A stretch of 64,000 nucleotides of DNA from an uncultured virus (IMG/VR IMGVR_UViG_3300042987_003191) (lineage: Duplodnaviria > Heunggongvirae > Uroviricota > Caudoviricetes), in IMG/VR virus record IMGVR_UViG_3300042987_003191; one strand, written 5' to 3'. The notes beneath the pieces are model-generated. The model saw only the letters and a program-made list of their open reading frames with translations. It searched no databases and was not told the DNA's origin. A program made the translations under genes and the position numbers. Of this stretch, positions 1 to 7,465 are shown piece after piece (within the stretch, counting starts at the first letter, position 1; each line of letters begins with the position of its first letter).

Positions 1-106
1 AACGATCATCGGCGCTGTAATCTTTCCATTTGTGGCGGGCATTGTCAGAAACCATTTTGGCAATGGCTTGTTGCGTGCGAGTGAGGGAAGAAGAGAGGGC
101 CATTGT

Positions 107-385
107 TCAGAAGACGAGCGTTTCACCGTTGGCTTTGATGCTTACGACGCGCTCACAATCAAACGAACGCCAAGCACCTTCTCCTTCCTTGCGAGCAATG
201 GAGAAATCACGACAACGGACAATGCTGGGCTTCTTTACTGCCGTGCCCGTGCCTTTGATTTCCTTGGTGTCCCAAGGATTGAATTGGAGCTTGCGAATGG
301 AACCATCAGCCTTGATGAATTCCACTGAAACAATGCTGTGACCAGCATTGAAAATGAACTGTTTGATTTTGTTGGTTTTGTCCAT
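107..385 (-). CDS. small SH3/WYL-like beta-barrel phage protein
   Basis: From ATG at 385: MDKTNKIKQF...VEFIKADGSIRKL...AWRSFDCERV. The F-x-K-x-DG-x-x-R and WRSF pattern is typical of this phage family. Confidence 0.6.
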   Translation of the reverse strand: MDKTNKIKQFIFNAGHSIVSVEFIKADGSIRKLQFNPWDTKEIKGTGTAVKKPSIVRCRDFSIARKEGEGAWRSFDCERVVSIKANGETLVF

Positions 386-471
386 GAGGAGCTGTCGCCA
401 GCGAAGGAACGAGGAAGAAAGGGGGAGCCTCTTGCGAGGCTCCTTTCCCATCGACCGAGGGGACTGTAGGC

Positions 472-660
472 CTATTTGGCTTGGCTGTCAAGCTTTGCCA
501 CGGGGAAACCGTTGGCAATGCGACAGTAGCGTTCGGGATGGATCTGCAGGCATTTGTCAAGGCCCTCCTTGTTGGCCATTACGTTAGGGGAGGCGATAAT
601 GGCAAATGCGCCGAGTCCAATGACTAGGTTTACCAGCAGGAATGAAGCTGCGTCTTTCAT
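472..660 (-). CDS. small membrane-anchored hypothetical protein
   Basis: 62 aa with a hydrophobic N-terminal segment and two Cys; overlaps the stop of the upstream rlpA-like gene (ATGA). Confidence 0.6.
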   Translation of the reverse strand: MKDAASFLLVNLVIGLGAFAIIASPNVMANKEGLDKCLQIHPERYCRIANGFPVAKLDSQAK

Positions 661-1007
661 AGTCTTGAGATGCAGATGGAAGCTTCGCCTTGAGAAGGGG
701 AAGCGATGCGAGCAAAGCTGCCGTAGGACAAGTCCAAGATTCGGCCTCCGTAGTATGGGCCGCGATCAACGACTGTCACTGTCACTGACTTTCCATTGTT
801 GCGGTTCTTCACACGCAGTCGCGTGCCAAATGGAAGCCAGGGGTGGGCAGCAGTCATGGAATAGGCATCGAACGTGGAGCCGCTTGCAGTGCGCTGGCCG
901 TGGAAGCCATCTGAGATTCCGTAGTGCGAGGCGTAGCCACATTCAAGAGCTGCTTGCGCTTGTAAAGGGCAAAGCAGTAGAAGGGAAAGAAAAAGACGTT
1001 TCATCAA
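657..1007 (-). CDS. rlpA: RlpA-like (DPBB) lytic transglycosylase with signal peptide
   Basis: ASHYG..FHGQRTASG..FD...TAAHPWLPFGT.LRV.N..NGKSV.V.V.DRGPY..GRILDLS motif; N-terminal signal peptide. Confidence 0.9.
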   Translation of the reverse strand: MMKRLFLSLLLLCPLQAQAALECGYASHYGISDGFHGQRTASGSTFDAYSMTAAHPWLPFGTRLRVKNRNNGKSVTVTVVDRGPYYGGRILDLSYGSFARIASPSQGEASICISRL

Positions 1008-1102
1008 TTAGTACGAAAGAACTAGCGAGGGCCATGTCGTCTCCGACAAGGCAATGCCCATTGTGCCATGAAACGAGCAGTTAGTGCCGAGCGGACAAAG
1101 CG

Positions 1103-1111
1103 TGTTATGAT
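1103..1111 (+). promoter_or_regulatory. extended -10 promoter (TGtTATGAT)
   Basis: TGnTATGAT about 6 nt upstream of the structured segment starting near 1117. Confidence 0.55.
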
Positions 1112-1116
1112 TTCTA

Positions 1117-1290
1117 GGCATTCGGTCCTGGCGGCTTAATTGCTGCTCTCGTCTTCGGGCGAGCCGTGAGGGTGGACGCCTCTGATGGTGCGGGCAAAGC
1201 CGTATGGCTTAGCCAAGGAGTTATGCATGGTCTCCTGCGAGGCGCATCATCTTCCTTGTATCTTTAGGGAAAGGGGCATCGGAGGATGTG
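1117..1290 (+). ncRNA. candidate structured ncRNA, family unassigned
   Basis: Nested helices including a cUUCGg hairpin (1148-1163), 1184-1192/1243-1251 and 1178-1183/1272-1277; own promoter and terminator; no ORF. Confidence 0.6.
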
Positions 1291-1320
1291 AAGAGAAGGG
1301 GCTGTAAGGCCCCTTTTCTT
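1291..1320 (+). terminator. intrinsic terminator
   Basis: AAGGGGC...GCCCCTT stem followed by a T-rich tract. Confidence 0.7.
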
Positions 1321-1351
1321 GTGTCTATGCTTAGAGAGCTAGGAGATTGTC

Positions 1352-1519
1352 ATGAAGCTTTCTGCAGAGCAGGAAAGAGAAAGGCTTAAGCGATGGATGG
1401 CAAGCGGGGAAGTTTATGATCCTCGCAACGAAGATGATTTTGATACATGGTCGCTAGGGATGGAGCCTCTTCCTGGTGATCGTTCTTGGGCAAAGAAAAA
1501 GCCCCTTAAGGGGCTTTAG
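1352..1519 (+). CDS. small hypothetical protein (55 aa)
   Basis: AGGAGA RBS, then MKLSAEQERERLKRWMASGEVYDPRN...; below the ORF-track length cut-off. Confidence 0.55.
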   Translation: MKLSAEQERERLKRWMASGEVYDPRNEDDFDTWSLGMEPLPGDRSWAKKKPLKGL

Positions 1520-1580
1520 TAGTAATCTCAATAAACGGCGTTTATTGGAAATACTAATAATTGTTGATTAGTTGATCGGA

Positions 1581-1916
1581 TTAAGAGGTTGCGTAGGTAA
1601 ACAGACTGTCCACAACATCTTCAGATGTGTGACCATTCCACTCCAATGCTTTTTCTACCACCTGCACGCCGGTTTTTTCGGCAATGTCCCACAAGCTTGC
1701 AGGAAGGTGATAGCTGATTTGGTCTCCCGTCGGAAGTTCCCCGATAACGATAAACCATTCGTGGCTACCAAAACACAATTTGCCGTCAGAATGAAATCGA
1801 CTCATTACGAAACACTCGGGCATGGTGCTCACGAGTGCAAGAAAGAGCGCATGACGGTGTTCGTAAAGCTCGGCAAAAGTGTGATAGCCATCGCTGATTT
1901 GTGATTTATCTTCCAT
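1581..1916 (-). CDS. conserved phage protein (WDGH-like family)
   Basis: SDGYHTFAELYEHR...QISYHLP...WNGHT motifs. Confidence 0.75.
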   Translation of the reverse strand: MEDKSQISDGYHTFAELYEHRHALFLALVSTMPECFVMSRFHSDGKLCFGSHEWFIVIGELPTGDQISYHLPASLWDIAEKTGVQVVEKALEWNGHTSEDVVDSLFTYATS

Positions 1917-1937
1917 ATGAGTGGTTAGTGAGGTGGA

Positions 1938-2156
1938 CTAAGGAGTGCGTACAAGCCAACGCTGGTAATCAAGGAATTTGTCCCACCCTTTGCCGGAAAT
2001 GTATTCGACATGATGTGGTTCCATGATTTGCTTGGCTTCTGGGTATTCAGGTGGAATGTCCCAGACAGCATGGAGCTTTACAAAATTGCCAGCACCATCG
2101 CTTTCTACGTCGTAAGTAGGCGAATAATCGCTGGGTGTGTAGAGGATTCTAGGCAT
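1938..2156 (-). CDS. hypothetical protein
   Basis: 72-aa ORF in a tightly packed minus-strand run. Confidence 0.55.
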   Translation of the reverse strand: MPRILYTPSDYSPTYDVESDGAGNFVKLHAVWDIPPEYPEAKQIMEPHHVEYISGKGWDKFLDYQRWLVRTP

Positions 2157-2170
2157 AGAGGTGATGCTGG

Positions 2171-2398
2171 CTACTGGGTTTTGATTGGATACATCTCCAT
2201 TGCTTGATCAATCAAATCATCAAGCGTTGGCAGTCCGTGGAAGCCTGTGTTAAATGCCGCCAATTCGTGAGTCACTGAATACTTTTCTCCTGTCTCTGTA
2301 GAAATCCAGAAGTGAGAGTCAGGCATCCTTTTGATGCATAATCTAGGAGCGGCCTTTATCCAGCGATAGCGGGCAGCGTCGCGTTCAATGTCAGTCAT
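2171..2398 (-). CDS. hypothetical phage protein
   Basis: RDAARYRWI...LDDLIDQAM pattern common in small phage proteins. Confidence 0.65.
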   Translation of the reverse strand: MTDIERDAARYRWIKAAPRLCIKRMPDSHFWISTETGEKYSVTHELAAFNTGFHGLPTLDDLIDQAMEMYPIKTQ

Positions 2399-2760
2399 GG
2401 CAGCAAGGGTTGAGGTTGTTCAAGCAGGGACGGCTGTGAGCCAGTGCCCTGCAGTTCTTCGCACCTGACCGAAACGGTCACCAATGCGCCAGGGTCAAAG
2501 TTGACCTGCGCCCAGGTGACGCAAAACATCCGACCCTGGGCAAAGAACTCGTGCCCGGCGAGACTCGGAATCATGTCTACCGCCGCGTCGGTGAGCGGCA
2601 CCAGCTCGGCCTCCATGCTGGTGCGGGTCGGGCGGCGCCATGAAGAACGCCACTCCAGCAGGTCGTTGTGATGCCAGATCGCGAGGTCCCGCAGCTTCCA
2701 GTCGGCTGGATCCAGCATTGGTCGCCGGGCCAGGTTGCTTGTGGGTGTGATGTCAGTCAT
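2395..2760 (-). CDS. hypothetical protein
   Basis: 121-aa ORF overlapping both neighbours; GC-rich codons. Confidence 0.55.
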   Translation of the reverse strand: MTDITPTSNLARRPMLDPADWKLRDLAIWHHNDLLEWRSSWRRPTRTSMEAELVPLTDAAVDMIPSLAGHEFFAQGRMFCVTWAQVNFDPGALVTVSVRCEELQGTGSQPSLLEQPQPLLP

Positions 2761-3109
2761 CGAGTTGATCCAGAGCGTGGCGGATGGCGGGCAATGCGTC
2801 AGAGGTAGTGATGCAGTCCCCCCTTAATATCGCGTCGTCTAACGCTGCCAGCGCCAACTCCTTCAAGCTCGGCGGCTTAGGGCGGCGGGCTGCGCGGAGT
2901 TGTTTAATCAGTAGCTCGGGATGGTCTAGCCACGGATACGCGGCAATCCACTCACAGCACACCTCCAGCTCGTGGTCTGCGCCCCATTGGGCGGCCATCG
3001 AGACAACATGCTCCTCTGCTTCTGGGATTGTGTACTGCCGGCGGTTGCTTTCTTCCCACCACTGCTGCACCAGCTCCGGCGGTGGGGTGATGGGATGTTG
3101 GTTAGTCAT
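2753..3109 (-). CDS. hypothetical cyanophage-type protein
   Basis: HPITPPPELVQQW...AAQWGAD.ELE.CCEW...LRAARRPKPPSLKE pattern. Confidence 0.7.
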   Translation of the reverse strand: MTNQHPITPPPELVQQWWEESNRRQYTIPEAEEHVVSMAAQWGADHELEVCCEWIAAYPWLDHPELLIKQLRAARRPKPPSLKELALAALDDAILRGDCITTSDALPAIRHALDQLDD

Positions 3110-3111
3110 GA

Positions 3112-3384
3112 TCAGATGGAAGTGATGAGACGATAGCGCTTGAGGATTTCCTCCTGTTCCTTTTCTCGCCAGTATTGAAGTCTGCGCTCAAGCTTTGCAG
3201 TAGCAAGCTGCATAACGCTTCGCTTGTCATGGTCCCAGTCAAGCTCAAAATGACTGGCCAAAGAGTTGTTCGTAGGCATGTGAAAGAGAGCGAAATTTCC
3301 TAAGATGATGATCCCGATCTTGCGCCAACAATTCCGCGAGATCTTTAATGAGTTGATCGCCATCGTCATTCTCAAAGTATTCAA
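3112..3384 (-). CDS. hypothetical protein (start uncertain)
   Basis: ORF in the minus-strand run; the true start may be downstream. Confidence 0.4.
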   Translation of the reverse strand: MNTLRMTMAINSLKISRNCWRKIGIIILGNFALFHMPTNNSLASHFELDWDHDKRSVMQLATAKLERRLQYWREKEQEEILKRYRLITSI

Positions 3385-3420
3385 AAATAGCGTCTGAAAG
3401 TCTATCTTTGGGAGTGGAAG

Positions 3421-3753
3421 TCACAGATTGCCTCCTTTAATTGCATTGTTGTAGTTCATCAAATATTCTTCAAAATCAGCACCAAGAGGAGCTTCTTTCT
3501 GAAGCTCTTCATGATTTTCCTTAAGCATTTCCAGGCTCACGACAAAGGCACAACGAATGCGCTCAAGAGCCATCTGTTGCACAAAATTAGGCTCTTCATC
3601 AATAGCCTTTTCAATGGTGCAAATGAATTCTTGCAGATCTGCCATAGAGAAGCTGCGCGTCACCATTGGCTGGCCAAAGAACATTGCCAGCTCTCCATCC
3701 TTAAAGGCACAGATTGGCTGATTAGGAAGCGTGTGACTGAACGTGGTGGTCAC
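3421..3753 (-). CDS. hypothetical protein
   Basis: Helical acidic ORF; GTG start at 3753 chosen, start uncertain. Confidence 0.6.
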   Translation of the reverse strand: MTTTFSHTLPNQPICAFKDGELAMFFGQPMVTRSFSMADLQEFICTIEKAIDEEPNFVQQMALERIRCAFVVSLEMLKENHEELQKEAPLGADFEEYLMNYNNAIKGGNL

Positions 3754-3809
3754 GATGGTGAAGCGGAGGACTAGCGACGTTCGCCGTCGCATGTGCATAG
3801 TGTGCCAGC

Positions 3810-3833
3810 AAAAAGGCCCCCATCAAGGGGGCC
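3810..3833 (-). terminator. intrinsic terminator
   Basis: GGCCCCC/GGGGGCC stem with a T5 tract on the minus strand. Confidence 0.65.
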
Positions 3834-3855
3834 GTTCTGATGTCGTAACATTTGT

Positions 3856-4278
3856 TCACAAAGCCTGCGATGGCTTGCGCAAAGCCTGAGTGGCGATGCT
3901 CAGGTTTTTGGTGATAGGCAAAGGCTTGTCTCGCCACTTGGTAGCAATGGCATGGCAGGAGCCCATAGGCTCCAGCTCGGCATGCCTGAACGCCCTGTCC
4001 AACAGAATCTGATAGGCCTGGCGCTTTGGCTTGCTCATTGGTCCTTCAGGCTCTTCAATGTTGGTGCGAGCAAAGTCTGCAAGCTCTGTGATGTCGTCAA
4101 GCTCATTAGTGGCAATCACGAAATGCTTTCCTCTGGCTTGAACCTTTCGCCATGCAGGATGAATGGGAGGATTTTCCATGGCCAAGGCTCGTGCTTCCTC
4201 TTGCAATTGCGGAGGAATGCAAATGTGAACCATGCGAGGAAGGGAATGCTCTTCAATAAGGGAGAGCTGAAAGTCCAT
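3856..4278 (-). CDS. hypothetical protein
   Basis: 140-aa ORF with ATG start, followed by a terminator. Confidence 0.65.
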   Translation of the reverse strand: MDFQLSLIEEHSLPRMVHICIPPQLQEEARALAMENPPIHPAWRKVQARGKHFVIATNELDDITELADFARTNIEEPEGPMSKPKRQAYQILLDRAFRHAELEPMGSCHAIATKWRDKPLPITKNLSIATQALRKPSQAL

Positions 4279-4450
4279 GATTAGGCGAAACGAAATTGTC
4301 CGAAATGGAAGGAGCGATTGCCGATGGTCAATTGGCTTTCGCCAAAACCGTCGTACATTGTGCCAAGGATAAAGCTATTGCGCCATTGAAAACAAAACTG
4401 TCCCATGCGGAGATGACCAGTTTTGTCAGTGCAATGGAAAGAAAAGGTCA

Positions 4451-4639
4451 TCACTGGCAAGGAGCGTCCTTTGTGACAGTGGCTTCAATTGCATCAGCAA
4501 GTTGAAGAGTGGTCAGATCAGGAAACTGCTGCACGCCAGTGCGAATCATCTCAACTGCAGCCATGATTCCCTGGTTCATTGACTCTTCAGTGATTTGCTT
4601 AATCACTGCAAACACTGCGGCTTCTTCAGCGGGGGTCAT
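4451..4639 (-). CDS. hypothetical protein
   Basis: 62-aa helical ORF coupled to the upstream ORF. Confidence 0.55.
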   Translation of the reverse strand: MTPAEEAAVFAVIKQITEESMNQGIMAAVEMIRTGVQQFPDLTTLQLADAIEATVTKDAPCQ

Positions 4640-4806
4640 AATTCAGGGTTTTCAGGAAGTGGAGGGATCTCCTCGATCATTGCAATTCTCACGTCAGGAC
4701 GCATTGCAAGCATAAAGTGTTCAGCTTGTTTTGCGGAAATCGCCCCCAAGGCGATTTTCCTCCCTTCGTAAGTGGTAATAAGAAAAGTGCGACAAGAAGA
4801 TGCCAT
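4636..4806 (-). CDS. small hypothetical protein (56 aa)
   Basis: MASSCRTFLITTYEGRKIALGA...; fills the gap between neighbours with start/stop overlaps. Confidence 0.5.
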   Translation of the reverse strand: MASSCRTFLITTYEGRKIALGAISAKQAEHFMLAMRPDVRIAMIEEIPPLPENPEL

Positions 4807-5231
4807 TACCAACGTTCCTCCTCAAGCTCTTCAAGAATGTGCTGACTGAGCGTTTCTTCAAGCATGATGCGCCATCCGCCATCGCCTCCAATGCTATTGA
4901 TTTCCGACAGAAGATGGAGAGCATCAGCGATGCGAGTGGCGTCCATCAGACAGCTACAGGCCATGCTGGGCTCTTCGCCAATCAGCTCCTCGAACATGCC
5001 AATGTGAGTCTCAAACCATTTGCCCAGACAGAACAGCGCAATTTGCCTGTAAGCTTCATCGCCGTGCTTCTGCAGCATGGTTTCAATGGTGCCAGCCAGT
5101 TTCGGCGGAACGCCTACGGTGCCATGATCCTGCAGATGAGGCGAAAGCGAAGCGCCAATGGCATGCCGCTTGCCGTCCTTGGCAGCTACTACCTGGCGAA
5201 GGAACTGGTCAACGGAATCAAAAGCGTCCAA
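4806..5231 (-). CDS. hypothetical protein
   Basis: 141-aa ORF. Confidence 0.6.
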   Translation of the reverse strand: MDAFDSVDQFLRQVVAAKDGKRHAIGASLSPHLQDHGTVGVPPKLAGTIETMLQKHGDEAYRQIALFCLGKWFETHIGMFEELIGEEPSMACSCLMDATRIADALHLLSEINSIGGDGGWRIMLEETLSQHILEELEEERW

Positions 5232-5279
5232 TGGAAGGAAGGGAAGATTGGCTCATAATGGTCCCGCAAGGGACCATTG

Positions 5280-6035
5280 TCAATAGTCGTTTTCGTTAAT
5301 TGTTTGTAAAGGCATGGCGTCAGGAAGCGGCTCGTTTTCCGGCTCCGCATCGAAACTAATGGTCTCAGCGGACGCAAGTAGAGAATTGCCCCTGCGCTCT
5401 TCCGTAGCCTTGGCCTCTTTCTCCTTTTCAATGGTGGAAGACAAATCTTTCAGGAACTTTCTGTAGGACGTGTCTTGATTCTCCACTTGCTTAATTTCAT
5501 TGAGGCCAAGCAGCTTCGCTTGTTCGACCAGGGAGTTCTTGGCCACGTTAAGGAACGATGCGTCGCCAGCGCTTTCTTCGATCTTCACCATTTCCTTCCC
5601 ACCATCGTCACCACCGTCCATAATGGTGACTGTTTTCTTGCGCTTACTATTTTCAAAGCTACGAAGAGCCAAGTCTTTCAGTTCCATTTGTTCTTTCAAG
5701 AGACGCGCTCTGTGCGTATCTTGATTCTTCAGAATTTCCTGCGTATATAAATCTCTGTTGAAATGACGATCACCATTAACTGTTTCTTTGCTTAGTTTTA
5801 GAACATTCGCAATCTGGCGATTGCTCATTTTTGCAGCAAGAAGCTCTTGTACCATCCATCGCCTAACGCCAAGCATTTCTTTGGTGTAGATGCCGGCGCC
5901 ACGGTTGCCACCATGTGATTTGTGTTCTCGAATGGCTTCGTATTGCGTGATTGGTACTCCCGCCTTCGCTAAAGCGTTTCTTGCATAGGCCTCTTCTTCT
6001 TCAGGCGTAGCAAATTCAATCTCAGGACGAGGCAT
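5280..6035 (-). CDS. HTH protein, probable terminase small subunit
   Basis: HTH (MSNRQIANVLKLSKETVNGD), helical core and GDASFLNVAKNSLVEQAKLLGL motif typical of TerS-like proteins; acidic tail. Confidence 0.55.
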   Translation of the reverse strand: MPRPEIEFATPEEEEAYARNALAKAGVPITQYEAIREHKSHGGNRGAGIYTKEMLGVRRWMVQELLAAKMSNRQIANVLKLSKETVNGDRHFNRDLYTQEILKNQDTHRARLLKEQMELKDLALRSFENSKRKKTVTIMDGGDDGGKEMVKIEESAGDASFLNVAKNSLVEQAKLLGLNEIKQVENQDTSYRKFLKDLSSTIEKEKEAKATEERRGNSLLASAETISFDAEPENEPLPDAMPLQTINENDY

Positions 6036-6041
6036 TCTTTA

Positions 6042-6230
6042 TCATTTTGCTTCTCGCATTGTATCCCCCTTTCCATGGAGAGTACGAACAAATAATTCTG
6101 TGAAGCGCTCCATGCGCGAGGCCACGACAGTGGCCGGAGCGTCATCAATGGCTCGTTTCAGCATGCAAAGCTCTTCCCATTCAGCTTGCGACAATGGCGA
6201 GGGAGTGTAATTCATGACGAAGCAATGCAA
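6042..6230 (-). CDS. hypothetical cyanophage-type protein
   Basis: LSQAEWEEL..LKRAI...PATV...MERFTEL pattern. Confidence 0.55.
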   Translation of the reverse strand: MHCFVMNYTPSPLSQAEWEELCMLKRAIDDAPATVVASRMERFTELFVRTLHGKGDTMREAK

Positions 6231-6357
6231 TTGCGTGAAACGTTCCTAGCAGAAGAGCGGCGCCTAAAGCGCCGCTCGTTATTGCCACTCTGATTTCATG
6301 ACGACGAATGGCATCGTCAATAAGACGTTGAAGATCGTCGCCTGATTCAATCATGAT

Positions 6358-6606
6358 TCAATGATACTGCCAGAAAGCTTTTTCTAGCAAGTCATCAAAT
6401 TCGTTTAGCTTTTTTGGGCAATACTTACGGATGAATTCTTCCATTTCTTTGTGGAAGCTATCGACAATTTCTGCATAAGCAGCATCGAGGCCGCGAGCGT
6501 CCATTTCATGCTCAGCTTCACGCTCGTAAGCGAGAGCCATGCAATCCTTTGGATTGGTGCAGAATTCACGCATTGGTCTGCTCCTGCACTGCGAAACCAC
6601 TATCAA
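6358..6606 (-). CDS. hypothetical protein
   Basis: ORF; likely start at the internal Met (MREFC). Confidence 0.55.
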   Translation of the reverse strand: MIVVSQCRSRPMREFCTNPKDCMALAYEREAEHEMDARGLDAAYAEIVDSFHKEMEEFIRKYCPKKLNEFDDLLEKAFWQYH

Positions 6607-6802
6607 TCAATTGCTGGATTTCATGCAGGCTCCCTCGCCAATGGCGTTCGCCATTGTTATCACGGGCTCCGTAGAGAGTACGGGCCGCTGGTTGCGGCCC
6701 TTTTGCTGGCTTTGAAAAACCGTGATGAACAATGGGCAGAATTTCTGCTCCATTGTGCTCTAGCAGAGGGAGCTTTTCTACTTGCTTGGGCGGAAGAAGC
6801 AT
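6566..6802 (-). CDS. hypothetical protein
   Basis: 78-aa ORF with ATG start. Confidence 0.6.
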   Translation of the reverse strand: MLLPPKQVEKLPLLEHNGAEILPIVHHGFSKPAKGPQPAARTLYGARDNNGERHWRGSLHEIQQLIDSGFAVQEQTNA

Positions 6803-7196
6803 TGCTTAGGAAGATTCCTTTGCAATGTTAATGACGTTCTTGCTGCTTGAAGGTTTCCTTTGCCTTCTGGCTTGAACGTTCCGCCCTTGGGGGCTCCACT
6901 CTGGCTTGAGCGGCATCGCGGAGGCCTTAGGCCTCATTTGGCCTGTTCTTTTCAGGGAATCTTGGCCTGGCGACTGAGTCGCTTCGCCCTAGGGGGCTCC
7001 GCTTGCCCTTGCTGGCCATGCAGCGTAGGCTTGCAGCTCTTGGAATGCCCGTCTGAGATCTCTTGGATACTCGCGGGACTTTCCGGAACCAGTGTACACA
7101 CCCCCGCCAAATTTTTACAAGAGGGCCAATTTTGAAACTGTCCATTTTGATAGGAGAACGGGATTCTGGTAGGATTTGCAGGCTTCGCAAGCAATC

Positions 7197-7355
7197 ATGA
7201 CCAACTCAGTTCCCAGCGGCTTCAAAGTCATCAAGCTTCCTCGTAATGGTCCCAAGCCAGGGCAAAGTACTAGAGCTTGGCTCTATGGCAAGGAGCAGGA
7301 GGCCAAAGAATTTCAGCGCAAGCTAGACGGACAGGACCAAGGCAAACGCAAATAA
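7197..7355 (+). CDS. small basic hypothetical protein (52 aa)
   Basis: MTNSVPSGFKVIKLPRNGPKPG...; followed directly by a terminator. Confidence 0.5.
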   Translation: MTNSVPSGFKVIKLPRNGPKPGQSTRAWLYGKEQEAKEFQRKLDGQDQGKRK

Positions 7356-7358
7356 AAC

Positions 7359-7383
7359 AAAGGGGCCATTAGGCCCCTTTCTT
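7359..7383. terminator. bidirectional terminator
   Basis: AAAGGGGCC-atta-GGCCCCTTT between convergent genes. Confidence 0.7.
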
Positions 7384-7465
7384 ATTAGCTTATACTGAAG
7401 AAAGCTGCTCGCTACGGTAGGCAGCAGGGAGGCCGCGCTAAAGCCTCCCTCCTATTGCGAGACAG

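Noticed and set aside
417..450. GGAGCCTC-gcaa-GAGGCTCC hairpin as a separate ncRNA
   Set aside because: A single hairpin between co-oriented genes; adequately explained as a terminator or mRNA stabiliser.
6409..6415. In-frame A_AAA_AAG in the 6358-6606 ORF
   Set aside because: The -1 frame stops after about four codons and no stimulator is visible; likely chance Lys-Lys codons.
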